A stretch of 64,000 bases of DNA from Dermatophilaceae bacterium (lineage in GTDB: Bacteria > Actinomycetota > Actinomycetes > Actinomycetales > Dermatophilaceae), in NCBI GenBank assembly GCA_037046615.1, contig JBAOHD010000024.1, positions 1-64,000 on the forward strand, written 5' to 3'. Both the position numbers and the translations under genes were made by a program. The number at the start of each line of letters is the position of its first letter. Within the stretch, counting starts at the first letter, position 1. The notes under the pieces were generated by a model. The model saw only the letters and a list, made by a program, of their open reading frames with translations. It did no database searches and had not been told where the DNA came from. Shown here in pieces: positions 33,387-43,083 of the stretch.

Positions 33387-34196
33387 TCAGGCTGAGGTGA
33401 TGTCCCCCGGGATGAAACCCAAGAGCCGCGCGACCTCGCCGACCGCGGGGTCATGGCAGCGCAGGAGCGATGCGCCGTATTCGACGGCAAGGGTCGTGAA
33501 GGCCGCGATCAACCACTCGTTGGGCACTCGCGGCACCGCCACCAGAGTGGGCAGCCCAAAAGTCTCACCCAAGGCACGTGTCTGCCGGATCGTCTCGACC
33601 TGATACTTCGAGAACTCCGAATACGGCATCGGATAGGAATACCCGATCCCTGCGTCGACGATGAGCTTGCGCACTCCGGCGGCCCGCAGCCGCTCGACGT
33701 TGGCACGCAACCCGACGGCATACTGCCCGCGCAGGTCGCGTTCGATGTCCACCCCGTCGACATCGAATGGCGTATCCCGCGGTGTGAAGCTCGTGATGCA
33801 CATGAGGTCGAGCTCGCCGATCTCGCGCAACACTGCGTCGTCGCGCACGCTGCCGCTGAGGTTGGCCGCGACCGCCCCGGCGTCTGCGCACGCCCGGATG
33901 ACCTCGCCGATCTCGGTCTCCACCGCGACCGGGTGGCCGTCGGCGGTCAGCGCTTCGACGACCGGCACGAGCCGGTCGATCTGCTCCTGGGCCGACATTC
34001 GGCGCACGGCGTAGTGCGACGACTGCGCCCCGATGTCCAGCCCCGCAAAGCCCGCCTCGCGATATTCCTCCCCCATCCGGAGCGCATCATCGACGGTCGC
34101 GGCATACCGGAGGACGTCCGGTTTTTCGTTCATGAGATTGATGACCCCGACGATCCCCGCCACGGGGAACTCGTGTCGTTCGCTCATGCCAGCCAC
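33387..34196 (-). CDS. dihydropteroate synthase-like (pterin-binding domain) protein
   Basis: 269 aa with a TIM-barrel pterin-binding pattern (IVGVINL...DIGAQSS...DAGIGYS). It may be a FolP paralog rather than the canonical FolP. Confidence 0.5.
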   Translation of the reverse strand: MAGMSERHEFPVAGIVGVINLMNEKPDVLRYAATVDDALRMGEEYREAGFAGLDIGAQSSHYAVRRMSAQEQIDRLVPVVEALTADGHPVAVETEIGEVIRACADAGAVAANLSGSVRDDAVLREIGELDLMCITSFTPRDTPFDVDGVDIERDLRGQYAVGLRANVERLRAAGVRKLIVDAGIGYSYPMPYSEFSKYQVETIRQTRALGETFGLPTLVAVPRVPNEWLIAAFTTLAVEYGASLLRCHDPAVGEVARLLGFIPGDITSA

Positions 34197-34642
34197 TCCC
34201 CCGAGCGCATGACGACCCGGTCAGGATGCTCTTCCTCGGGACCCCACACATCGACTTGGCGCAGCCCGATGACGAAGTAGGAGAACGTCCCCGACGACTG
34301 ACGCGGGTCCCAATCGCTCTGGGTCGCAAAGACATTGTCAATCTCGGACGTGTCAGATCCCGGTCCGCGATCGATGACCTCGGCCAGCCGGCCGGTCACG
34401 AGCACGACATCGTGCGTCGCCCCGAAAGCCAGCTTGGCGGTGGACGTCTCACGGAGGTTTTTCGCGGTCTGCGAGGTCGGGCTCGTGCAGATGACGATCC
34501 CCTCGGGGATCCACGCAAACGAGAACGGCACGAGGTGCGCCCGGCCGCGGCCATTGGCCGTGGCGACCCACACGTGTCCATCGGTCTGCCGGAAGACCCG
34601 CTCGGCATGGGCGCGCCGCTCCTGGGGCGATCTGCCTGTCAT
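34184..34642 (-). CDS. pyridoxamine 5'-phosphate oxidase-family (PPOX/F420-dependent-like) protein
   Basis: 152 aa, ...HVWVATANGRGRAHLVPFSFAWIPEGIVICTSPTSQTAKNLRETSTAKLAFG. Overlaps the upstream gene by 13 nt. Confidence 0.5.
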   Translation of the reverse strand: MTGRSPQERRAHAERVFRQTDGHVWVATANGRGRAHLVPFSFAWIPEGIVICTSPTSQTAKNLRETSTAKLAFGATHDVVLVTGRLAEVIDRGPGSDTSEIDNVFATQSDWDPRQSSGTFSYFVIGLRQVDVWGPEEEHPDRVVMRSGEWLA

Positions 34643-34651
34643 TGTCGAAGT

Positions 34652-35590
34652 CTAGGTCGCCTCGCCCACACTGCCGCCGCCGATGCCGCTCGGCGACACC
34701 CCCAACACGTGGTCGCGGAACAGCTCCGCCGACGGCAGGAGCCGCCGCTCGGTCGACCACACCAACCCCACGTCGCGAAAGGCACCCGCGTCCTCGAGCC
34801 GCACGAGCCGCGCCTCCCCGGAGCGCGCGGGCACCGGGTCGGCGCCCATGGCCGGCACGATCGCCACCCCCACCCCCGCCGACACAAACCCCCGCACCGT
34901 CGGCAGGTCGTCGACCTCGACCGCGACGCGGGGCTCGAAGCCGGCGTCGCGGCACACCTGCACCACAGCGGCACGAAGGTGCGACGGCGGACGGAGCATG
35001 ACGAAACCCTCCTCCGCCGCCTCAGCCAGACGCATCTGCCCGCGGTCGGCCCACCGGTGCGCCCCTGGGACGGCGAGGAAGAGCGGCTCGCGATAGAGCC
35101 GCTGCCACTGCACAGGTATGCCGTGCGCCGGCCGGCTCGCGGTGATCTCGAGGTCGATCCGCGTGTCGTCCAACCCCGCCTCGGGCGCGCTCACGAGCCC
35201 CTCCTGTCCCGCCTGCCGCAGGACAAACCGCACCTCGGGGTATGCAGCGTGGAATCCGGCAATGATCGACGGCACGAGCCACGTGCCGAGTGAGAGGTCA
35301 TAGGCAAGGGTGACCGTGCCTCGCCGCGCATCGACGAGCTGGTCGACGGCGGCAAGTCCGTCATCGAGCTGGTTGACGAGCCGGTCGACGTGCCTCTTGA
35401 ATACCGCTCCAGCGTGCGTCGGCCGCAGGTGACGCCCCGCCTTCGCCAGCAACGGCGTGCCCACGTCGGCCGACAGGGCGGCAAGCGCGCGCGACACCTT
35501 GGGCTGGCTCACCATCCACGTCTCGGCGACTTCGGTCACCGTGGCGCCCTCGGAGACCTCCTGGAACCAGCGCAGCGCGTCCGTATCCAT
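34652..35590 (-). CDS. LysR-family transcriptional regulator
   Basis: N-terminal HTH (TVTEVAETWMVSQPKVSRALAALSADVG) and a LysR substrate-binding domain. A divergent promoter at 35590-35678 holds an inverted repeat ATCCATGC...GCATGGAT of T-N11-A type. Confidence 0.8.
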   Translation of the reverse strand: MDTDALRWFQEVSEGATVTEVAETWMVSQPKVSRALAALSADVGTPLLAKAGRHLRPTHAGAVFKRHVDRLVNQLDDGLAAVDQLVDARRGTVTLAYDLSLGTWLVPSIIAGFHAAYPEVRFVLRQAGQEGLVSAPEAGLDDTRIDLEITASRPAHGIPVQWQRLYREPLFLAVPGAHRWADRGQMRLAEAAEEGFVMLRPPSHLRAAVVQVCRDAGFEPRVAVEVDDLPTVRGFVSAGVGVAIVPAMGADPVPARSGEARLVRLEDAGAFRDVGLVWSTERRLLPSAELFRDHVLGVSPSGIGGGSVGEAT

Positions 35591-35677
35591 GCCTCCACCT
35601 TATCCATGCACTTTCTGAATAGCTCAGGCTCCATGCAGGTATTGGACGCATGGATACCCGCCAGGGATCATTGAGAT

Positions 35678-35941
35678 ATGAACAACCGCAAGTACCGCAA
35701 TGCCCCCACGTATGCCGCCCACCTCATGGCCTCGTTCCGCGAGGACCTCGGCGCCCGGCGCGCTGCCCGCGCTGCCCGCCGCAAGCTCCAGGCCGAGTTG
35801 GCGTCCTACTCGACGAAGTCCGACATCGACGACCTGCTCGCTGCGGTCGACCGTGAGGAGTCGATCGAGGCCGAAGCCATGCGCGACATTCTCCACTTCC
35901 AGCTGCAGCACCTGAACCGCGGCGCCTCGATCGCGGCCTGA
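35678..35941 (+). CDS. hypothetical small protein (87 aa), divergent from the LysR gene
   Basis: MNNRKYRNAPTYAAHLMASFREDLGARRAARAARRKLQAELASYSTK... The gene is followed by a very strong hairpin. Confidence 0.4.
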   Translation: MNNRKYRNAPTYAAHLMASFREDLGARRAARAARRKLQAELASYSTKSDIDDLLAAVDREESIEAEAMRDILHFQLQHLNRGASIAA

Positions 35942-36002
35942 GCTGCCAGCCCCTCTGAGCTGCCCTCACCGGCGGCCGAGGTTGCCGCCCGAGTCAGCCG
36001 GA

Positions 36003-36053
36003 GACACCAACAGCGCTGCCGCCCCGAGGGGCGGCAGCGCTGTTGGTGTTGTC
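36003..36053. terminator. long perfect hairpin (22-23-bp stem, GAG loop) between two convergent genes
   Basis: GACACCAACAGCGCTGCCGCCCC-GAG-GGGGCGGCAGCGCTGTTGGTGTTGTC lies between the hypothetical gene (ends 35941) and NlpC/P60 (ends 36113). Confidence 0.7.
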
Positions 36054-36112
36054 TGGAGAGGTGCCGCACCCGCGGCCCGAGGGACCGGCGGGCCGGCCCA
36101 CGCGGCATACCG

Positions 36113-36856
36113 TCAGTAACGGCCGTAGCTGAGATTGCCCGACCAGATCTTGTGCAGGCTCACGCGCGTGCCACTGCTGGCCGAGTCGATGGTCATGCCC
36201 GGGCCGGCGTAGATGCCGACGTGCGTCGCGGGGATGCCCCAGAAGACGAGGTCGCCCGGCTGGGGGTTGGACACCTTGGTCGAGGCCTGTCGCTGGGCCT
36301 CTGCCGTGCGGGGGATCGAGATGCCGGCCTGGCGGTAGACGTACTGGGTGAAGCCCGAGCAGTCGAAGCCTGCCGTCGTCGTGCCGCCGTAGCGGTAGGG
36401 GATGCCGTAGAGGCTCTTGGCGATGCCGATGATCGTGCCGTCGTTGGGCGCCGGGGCGGCGACGGGGGCGGGCGCGGCCTTGGCGGCAGGCGCGGCCGGA
36501 GCAGCGGGCGCGGCCGGAGCAGCGGGCGCAGCAGCCCGAGTCGTCGAGCGGGAGACGGCAGCCGGAGCGGCGGCGACCTTCTTGACCTTGAACCCGAAAG
36601 AGCCGTAGCTCTCGGTCGCGGCCGGAGCGGACGGGGCCGTGACAACGGCGCCGAGGGTCTGGGTCTGCGACGCGTCGACGGTCGTCACGCTGCTGACAGC
36701 CGTCGCGGGCACGGCCATGCCCGCGATCAGGCCACCGGACACGATGGCCACGGAGGACAGACGCACCGCCGGTTTCACGGAGTCGGTGGCGATGTGGGTG
36801 AGTTCGGTGATGGGCGAGTAGCCCGGGGCACGGTGGCGCCCGACGTGATTGGTCAC
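36113..36856 (-). CDS. NlpC/P60-family peptidoglycan endopeptidase (RipA/RipB-like) with a signal peptide and an (AAP)n linker
   Basis: C-terminal ...IAKSLYGIPYRYGGTTTAGFDCSGFTQYVYRQAGISIPRTAEAQ...GDLVFWGIPATHVGIYAG with the Cys-His-His catalytic pattern. A GTG start at 36856 follows the SD AGGAGAG. The ORF-track start at 36862 is a TTG too close to that SD. Confidence 0.75.
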   Translation of the reverse strand: MTNHVGRHRAPGYSPITELTHIATDSVKPAVRLSSVAIVSGGLIAGMAVPATAVSSVTTVDASQTQTLGAVVTAPSAPAATESYGSFGFKVKKVAAAPAAVSRSTTRAAAPAAPAAPAAPAAPAAKAAPAPVAAPAPNDGTIIGIAKSLYGIPYRYGGTTTAGFDCSGFTQYVYRQAGISIPRTAEAQRQASTKVSNPQPGDLVFWGIPATHVGIYAGPGMTIDSASSGTRVSLHKIWSGNLSYGRY

Positions 36857-36879
36857 GGTCAACCTCTCCTAACGCCTTC

Positions 36880-37010
36880 GAGGTGAGCTGTCGGGTTCGG
36901 GTGGGAGTCACCCGGCTCACGGTCCCGATCACTCGGTCCGGGAGCTTCACCCCAAGGACGTCTCACGACGTCCGAAAGTGGTTCCCCCGCTCCTGCCAGG
37001 CGGTGTTCGT
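36880..37010 (-). ncRNA. probable c-di-AMP riboswitch (ydaO/kimA class) in the 5' leader of the NlpC/P60 gene
   Basis: The minus-strand leader contains ...GGGGUGAAGCUCCCGG...CCACCCGAACCCGACAGCUCACCUCGAAGGCG. This matches the conserved 3' half of ydaO (CCCGAACCCGACAGCUAACCUCG) and lies just upstream of SD and GTG. Such riboswitches commonly precede actinobacterial cell-wall hydrolase/rpf genes. Confidence 0.55.
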
Positions 37011-37231
37011 CAACTTCCGCGGCCAGTGGCAGGACTCGGCGTCTGCCCGCGGAAACCACCCGTGGCCGGGCAGCTTCCGGAACTGTAACTGACAGAACAC
37101 CCAATGTCACATTCCGGTTACGGTGATTTTGCGAGATTCTGCCGCCCTGGAGCGGTGAGCCCGCTCACATCGCCAGACGCGGGTGCCGCGCGTCACCCGT
37201 GCGGAATCCCCTCCGGCTGGACGAGCAGCGG

Positions 37232-37951
37232 TCAGGACGACGCGGGCGCAGCGAAAACGTGGTCGGCGACCTCGCGGGGCACCCGCACCGACTCCTCACC
37301 CGTCGCGGAGGGGACGTGGACGATGACGTCGCCGTCGTCGATCGTCGTGCGGACGCGGGTGCCGGGCAACACACCCGCCGAGATCAGGGCCGCCAACGAC
37401 TCGTCGTCGACCTGGGCGATCTCCCCGATCCGGCGCACGACGAGGTGCTGCTCCTGCTCACCCCCGGCCGTGGCGAGCGCCTGCAGCGTCGCCTCAACGC
37501 CGGAGGTGGGGGCCGGCGGCATACCGGCGGAGCCGTAGAGATCGTCAAGCCCGGGAATCGGATTGCCGTAAGGGGACACCCGACGGTCGCCGACCAGGGC
37601 GAGGATCCGCAGCTCCACCCGGTCGCTCATGACGTGCTCCCAGCGGCACGCCTCTTCGTGGACGTATTCGTATTCGAGGCCCAGCACGTCGACGAGGAGG
37701 ATCTCGGCCAGACGGTGCTTGCGCATAACCCGGGTCGCCGCCAGCCGGCCGGAGTCGGAGAGTTCAAGGTGACGGTCGTCGGACACGCGGACGAGGCCGT
37801 CGCGTTCCATCCGGGCGACCGTCTGCGACACGGTCGGGCCTGAATGACCCAGACGCTCGGCGATGCGGGCGCGCATCGGCACGACGCCCTCTTCTTCGAG
37901 TTCGAAGATGGTGCGCAGATACATCTCCGTCGTGTCGATCATGTCGGTCAC
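37232..37951 (-). CDS. ideR: iron-dependent repressor IdeR (DtxR family, with SH3-like domain)
   Basis: MTDMIDTTEMYLRTIFELEEEGVVPMRARIAERLGHSGPTVSQTVARMERDGLV... 239 aa. Confidence 0.85.
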   Translation of the reverse strand: MTDMIDTTEMYLRTIFELEEEGVVPMRARIAERLGHSGPTVSQTVARMERDGLVRVSDDRHLELSDSGRLAATRVMRKHRLAEILLVDVLGLEYEYVHEEACRWEHVMSDRVELRILALVGDRRVSPYGNPIPGLDDLYGSAGMPPAPTSGVEATLQALATAGGEQEQHLVVRRIGEIAQVDDESLAALISAGVLPGTRVRTTIDDGDVIVHVPSATGEESVRVPREVADHVFAAPASS

Positions 37952-37969
37952 GGGGGCTAGCCTCTCACC

Positions 37970-39342
37970 GATGCGACCTGTCCTGCTGTGGCTGCGGCGC
38001 GATCTTCGGCTCGACGATCACCCCGCGCTGCTGGCCGCTGCGCAGTCGGGAGCCCCGGTCGTTCCTTTCTTCGTCGTCGACCCCGCGCTCTGGGGGCCCG
38101 CTGCCGGACCACGGCAGGACCGGCTCGCAGCGTCCCTGCGCGCTCTCGCCGGCGACCTCATGGATCGGTATGCCGTCCCCCTCGTCATCCGCCACGGCGC
38201 ACCTCAGCAGGTAGTCCCCTCCCTTGCGGGGGAGGTCGGCGCCACCACGCTCCACGTCACTGCCGAGACGACGCCCTACGGCCGCCGCCGAGACAGTGTC
38301 GTGACCGCGCGTCTCCACGACCACGGGGTCGAGGTCGTGGCGAGGGGCACGGCATACGCGATCGGGCCTGGCACGATCCTCACCGGCAGCGGCACTCCCT
38401 ACCGGGTCTTCACGCCCTTCTCCCGCGCCTGGCGCAATCACGGAGCCCCCGGCCCGGCGCCACGACCCACCCGACTCCTCGGCCTGACGGACCTGCCCTC
38501 AGACCCACTCCCCGATGCGCCTGCGGGGACGTCACCGGCCGGCGAGAGCGCCGCTCGCGAGCGCTGGCGGTGGTTCCTCGAGGAGGGCCTCACGGCATAC
38601 CGGAAAGACCGGGACCGTCCCGACATCGATGGCACCTCGCGACTGTCTGAGGCGCTCAAATACGGCGAGATCCATCCGCGGACGCTGCTGGCGGAGATCG
38701 GCGCCTCGGCGTCCGCCGGGTCGAGCGCGGCGGAGAAGTTCGTCACCGAGGTGGCGTGGCGCGAGTTCTATGCCGACGTCCTGTGGCATCACCCTGACTC
38801 GCGCCTGGACGCGACCTGCGCGCCGACTGGCGGGCTCGATTACGACGAGCCCGACGAGCGCTGTCGTCGCGTGGCAGGAAGGGCGCACGGGCTTTCCCGT
38901 TCGTCGACGCCGGGATGCGCCAACTCGCCGAGACCGGCTGGATGCACAATCGCGTGCGCATGGTCACGGCGAGCTTCCTCGTCAAAGACCTCCACGTGTG
39001 GTGGCCGGCACGGCGCGCGGCACTTCATGAGCACGGCTGCGCGACGGCGACCTCGCGTCCAATTCCCATGGCTGGCAATGGGTTGCGGGCACAGGCACGG
39101 ACGCGGCGCCCTACTTCCGGATCTTCAACCCGGTGTCGCAAGGGCAAAAGTGCGACCCTCGCGGAGACTACGTGCGCCGCTGGGTGCCCGAGTTGCGTCA
39201 CCTGGCGGGAGCTGCTGCCCATGAGCCGTGGGGCCACCCTCAGGGATATGCCGGTGGCTATCCGCCGCGCATCGTCGATCACGCGGCCGAACGGGCCGAG
39301 TCCCTCCGGCGGTATGCCGCGTCGCGCGCCAGCACCCCCTGA
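37970..39342 (+). pseudogene. phr: deoxyribodipyrimidine photolyase with at least 4 frameshifts clustered at 38860-39060
   Basis: N-terminal 300 aa intact (MRPVLLWLRRDLRLDDHPALLAAA...). The C-terminal FAD-binding region is split over three frames: [10 protein letters not shown] / [36 protein letters not shown] / [10 protein letters not shown] / [53 protein letters not shown]. Confidence 0.7.
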
Positions 39343-39378
39343 GCAGCGCACCCTTCTCGACACGACAGGATCAACGCC

Positions 39379-39876
39379 ATGCCTGACATCCGGATCCGCC
39401 CCGCCGAGCCGCGCGACGTCGACGCCATCCATGCCCTCGTCGTGGCGCTCGCGGTCTACGAGAAGGAGCCCGATGCCGTCGAGGGCGGCGCGGGCGACTT
39501 CGCCGCCGCGCTCTTCTCGGAGCGGCCCGAGGTTTTCTGCCACGTCGCGGAGGTCAGCGACGACGGCCGGTCTTGGCAGGTCGCCGGCATCGCGATCTGG
39601 TACGTCACGTTTTCCACGTGGAAGGTCCGCCACGGTCTGTGGCTCGAAGACCTCTTCGTCGACCCTGCGCGGCGCGGCCTCGGCCTGGGCCGGCTGCTCC
39701 TGCGGGAGCTCGCGGCGATCTGTCAGGAACGGGGCTACGCGAGGTTCGAGTGGTGGGTGCTCGACTGGAACACGCCCGCTCACGGGTTCTACCGCTCTCT
39801 CGGTGCACTCCCGCAGGACGAGTGGACCGTATGGCGCACCGACGGTGAGGCGCTCGCCACCCTCGGCCGCCGCTAG
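39379..39876 (+). CDS. GNAT-family N-acetyltransferase
   Basis: 165 aa, ...[58 protein letters not shown]. Confidence 0.75.
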   Translation: MPDIRIRPAEPRDVDAIHALVVALAVYEKEPDAVEGGAGDFAAALFSERPEVFCHVAEVSDDGRSWQVAGIAIWYVTFSTWKVRHGLWLEDLFVDPARRGLGLGRLLLRELAAICQERGYARFEWWVLDWNTPAHGFYRSLGALPQDEWTVWRTDGEALATLGRR

Positions 39877-39951
39877 GGGCGCTGCCGGCTCCGCGGGTGC
39901 CGCGGGTGCTCCGGAGCCGCGCTGCCGACGCGACGATCTCCCCGTGTCGGG

Positions 39952-41175
39952 TCATAGCGCGGCACCCAGAAGCCGAGCCACCCCGCACCGACCCAGGCCA
40001 GCGCCCCGAGGATCACCGCCGCCCCACCGAGCGACACCGCGACCGACAGGGCACTCACGAGAGCTCGGCCCGGCTGCCCACCCGAGATCACCCATGAGGC
40101 GCCACCCGCCGAGGAACTGCGCCCGCCCCTGCACGGGCGACGCGTCCGCCCCGAGGGTCATGAGGATGCCTGACCCGATCCCGTTGCCCACGCCGAGCAC
40201 TGTCGCGACCAGCACCAACCCACCGAAACTCCCCGCAAACGGGATCAGCGCCATCCCGAGCCCGAGGACGAGCATCGAGGGCACGGCGACGTGGACCCGT
40301 CCGAAGCGATCCATCGCCCACCCCGCCGGATAAAACAGCAGCATGTCGGCCGCGCCCGAGATGCCGAACACCAGGCTTGTCGACGCCGCGTCGAGGCCGA
40401 TCGCCTCGGCCCACAGCGGCACGATGGCGTTGCGCGCCGATCGCGTGGCCGCCACAGCGAGCACGCCGATGCCGAGCGTCGTCAGCACCCGCCGGTGCGC
40501 CCGCACCACCGACAGGACGGTCATCGGCGCACTCGGAGCCGTCGGCTCAACTCGTGCATCGGAAGACTCACCAGCTCCTCGCGACGCGGAGGTATGCCGT
40601 TCCAGATCCGGCAATCGCGCGACGAGGACGGCGGCCGCGATCGCGAAGGTGACGCCGACGGCATACGCGGCCCGGGTGCCCCACACGGAAACGACGGCGG
40701 CACCGAGGAAGGGCCCCGCGAAGATGCCGATGCGGTGCACTCCCCCGAGGGTCGAGAGGGCCCGGGCGCGCATCGCCGCCGGGACGACCTCGGTGAGGTA
40801 AGCGTGGCGGGCCAGCCCGAAGACCGACGCCGCGAGCCCCATGACGAGGACCGAGATCGCGAGCAACACGACCGAGCGCGATAGGCCCGCGCCGAGCATG
40901 CCGAGACCTTCTGCGAGCGCCGCAAAGAGCAGTGCCCGGCGCTCGCCGATCCGGGCCGCGAGCGCGCCGGCGGGAAGGTCGCCGACCACCATCCCGACCC
41001 CCAGCAGGGCAACGACGATGGCAGCGGTCGCGACGTTCGCGCCGAGATCGAGGGCGGTCAGCGCGAGGATCGGAGTCACCGCGCCGGTCCCCACCGAGGC
41101 CAGGGCAGTCGGGCCGTATGCCGCCAGCGCGATCTCCCGCAGCTGCGTCACCTGGGGTCGGCTCGGCGGGGTCAC
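39952..41175 (-). CDS. MFS transporter
   Basis: ~12 TM, ...[46 protein letters not shown]... The GTG at 41175 is chosen because SD GGGAGAG lies 8 nt upstream. The ORF-track start at 41265 adds an Arg-rich leader. Confidence 0.65.
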   Translation of the reverse strand: MTPPSRPQVTQLREIALAAYGPTALASVGTGAVTPILALTALDLGANVATAAIVVALLGVGMVVGDLPAGALAARIGERRALLFAALAEGLGMLGAGLSRSVVLLAISVLVMGLAASVFGLARHAYLTEVVPAAMRARALSTLGGVHRIGIFAGPFLGAAVVSVWGTRAAYAVGVTFAIAAAVLVARLPDLERHTSASRGAGESSDARVEPTAPSAPMTVLSVVRAHRRVLTTLGIGVLAVAATRSARNAIVPLWAEAIGLDAASTSLVFGISGAADMLLFYPAGWAMDRFGRVHVAVPSMLVLGLGMALIPFAGSFGGLVLVATVLGVGNGIGSGILMTLGADASPVQGRAQFLGGWRLMGDLGWAAGPSSRECPVGRGVARWGGGDPRGAGLGRCGVARLLGAAL

Positions 41176-41637
41176 GCGGGCCACTCTCCCACGACCTCCC
41201 GACAGCCGCCTCGCCCGTGCCGGACCCGCGCGAAAACCTCTTGAACAGTGGCGGGTTCGCGGCATACCGTCTGCACCACACGAGAAGGGAGGTGGTCAGG
41301 TAGTGCATTCCTATCGGACACGTGAGGTGACTGCGCGGTAGCGCAGAGCGTCCTGATCGACGGACGCTGCGACCGCAATCCCAGCAGTCGCTGCGGCCCG
41401 TGGGGTAGGCGCGGTTCGTCCACCGCGCACGCCAGACTCGTCGAGAGACCGGCTCCCCCCGGGCCGTTTCTCATGCCCGGACCGTTTCTCCATAGCCGGG
41501 CCGAACCCAACGGCCTGGCCGACGGTCAGCTGGCTCACCAAGATCGCGATACTGAATGCAAAGATCGCGATCTTGACACTTCGATGAGGTTGCAGCAGGA
41601 CCCAAGTGTCACCATCGCGATCTTCACAACGGTCAGC

Positions 41638-41731
41638 CGGACCGGCTCGGCGAAGGGTCAGGCTGGCCGGCTCGGCGAAGGGTCAGGCTGGCCGGCTCGG
41701 CGAGGGTCAGCCGGGCCGGCTCGGCAATGGG
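41638..41731. repeat. ~25-bp tandem repeat (GGCCGGCTCGGCGAAGGGTCAGGCT) x~4 in the pdxH/MFS intergenic region
   Basis: ccggaccggctcggcgaagggtcaggct ggccggctcggcgaagggtcaggct ggccggctcggcgagggtcagccg ggccggctcggcaatggg. Three ATCGCGAT-containing boxes lie upstream at 41575-41625. Confidence 0.8.
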
Positions 41732-41738
41732 GGACCTC

Positions 41739-42458
41739 CTACGGCTGGCGTCGCGACAACTGCCACCCACTCGGCTCATCGAGCAGCGGCGGGGCGCTCA
41801 CCCCGCCGCTGCGGGAGCCTGCTGCGTCAATCCCGGACTCGCGAGCGGCATACACGAGACGATCATGGAGGCGACTCGTGCGCCCGGCCCAGAATTCGAC
41901 CTCGACCGGCCGGATCCGGAAGCCGGCCCACGTCGGAGGGACCGGCACGTCGTCGGGGTGCCCGAGGTCGGGGAAGCGAGCGGCATACTCGGCGAAACGG
42001 GCCTCGAGTTCGGCGCGGCCCCCGATCGGCGAGGACTGGTGCGAGGCCCAGGCGGCAATCCGGGACCCCCAAGGGCGAGTCACCCAGTAGGCCGCGAGCG
42101 CATCAGCCTCGATCGGCTCCGCCTCGCCCCGGAAGCGGACGACACGGAACAGCGCCGGCCACCCGAGCGAGGCAGCGACCCGCGGGTCGGCTGTGAGCTC
42201 GCGGGCCTTGGCCGAGCCGCCGTCCGTCACGAAGCCCGGCCCATGCGAGTCGAGAAAGCGCATGAGCACCGTCCGCACATTCGGCGCGCCCGCCGCATCG
42301 ACCGTGGCCAGCGAGAGGGCGACCCCCTCGGGCGACTCGGCGCCACTCACTCCCGCGCCGAGCGCCTCGTCGATCCAGCACTGCAGTTGCGCCAGAGGGG
42401 TCGGCGCGCAGTCACTCTCGTCGAGTCCGGCACCGGTGTAGTCCACGCGTTCGGTCAT
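41739..42458 (-). CDS. pdxH: pyridoxamine/pyridoxine 5'-phosphate oxidase
   Basis: 239 aa: ...APNVRTVLMRFLDSHGPGFVTDGGSAKARELTADPRVAASLGWP...EFWAGRTSRLHDRLVY. Confidence 0.8.
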   Translation of the reverse strand: MTERVDYTGAGLDESDCAPTPLAQLQCWIDEALGAGVSGAESPEGVALSLATVDAAGAPNVRTVLMRFLDSHGPGFVTDGGSAKARELTADPRVAASLGWPALFRVVRFRGEAEPIEADALAAYWVTRPWGSRIAAWASHQSSPIGGRAELEARFAEYAARFPDLGHPDDVPVPPTWAGFRIRPVEVEFWAGRTSRLHDRLVYAARESGIDAAGSRSGGVSAPPLLDEPSGWQLSRRQP

Positions 42459-42501
42459 CTTCCCCAGCGTAGGCTTCCGACACGTGCGCTAGGAGGTCGC
42501 C

Positions 42502-42927
42502 ATGGCTGGAGCCAGCAGAATCGTCGGGTATGCCGTGAAGTACGGCGTGAAGTACGGCCCCCATCTGGTTGTTGCGGCTAAGACGCTCAAGGAGCCGGCA
42601 ACGGCATACGCGCAGAAGGTCGTCGCGACGCAACGGGCGCGCAAGCTGGCGCTGGCCGAGGCGGCGACCCTCCGGGCCGGGAGTGCGCTCAAGGTCTTCC
42701 ATCAGGGGGAGCCGGTCTGGGTGGTCTACAGCGGCGACGACCCGGTGAGTTCGCACCCCGTCGTCGGCCTGCCGTTAGCAACCCTCGTCGAGCGTGCGGA
42801 CCTCTCGCAGCGGATCAGGCCCGAGGATGCGCCAGGGGTCAAGGACCGCGCGGTCGCGGCCAAAGACGCAGCGGCAGGAAAGGCTCGGTCGATCGTCAAA
42901 CGCGACCGGCGCCAGGCGGGTGACTGA
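42502..42927 (+). CDS. conserved hypothetical protein (141 aa)
   Basis: MAGASRIVGYAVKYGVKYGPHLVVAAKTLKEPATAYAQKVVATQRARKLALAEAATL... No recognised domain. Confidence 0.4.
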   Translation: MAGASRIVGYAVKYGVKYGPHLVVAAKTLKEPATAYAQKVVATQRARKLALAEAATLRAGSALKVFHQGEPVWVVYSGDDPVSSHPVVGLPLATLVERADLSQRIRPEDAPGVKDRAVAAKDAAAGKARSIVKRDRRQAGD

Positions 42928-43083
42928 CCGGCACCGGCCGGGTAACTGACCGGCGCTCAGACGCCACCTGACGGTGACGCGCGGGCGACGACCTGGGGTC
43001 GAAGGGCGGTCGGCGTCCTAGCCCCCGGCGCACATGCGGCAGAATCCTAGGTGCGCCACCAGGGCACCGATCAAGGAGACCGC

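Noticed and set aside
36470-36545. DNA tandem repeat (ccggagcagcgggcgcgg)n, considered as a minisatellite or CRISPR-like array
   Set aside because: It lies inside the NlpC/P60 coding sequence and encodes the (AAP)n linker. There are no spacers.
35994-36950. 318-aa minus-strand ORF overlapping the NlpC/P60 gene in another frame
   Set aside because: It has Arg/Gly-rich composition and no homology. The NlpC/P60 frame has a clear catalytic domain, a signal peptide and an SD sequence.
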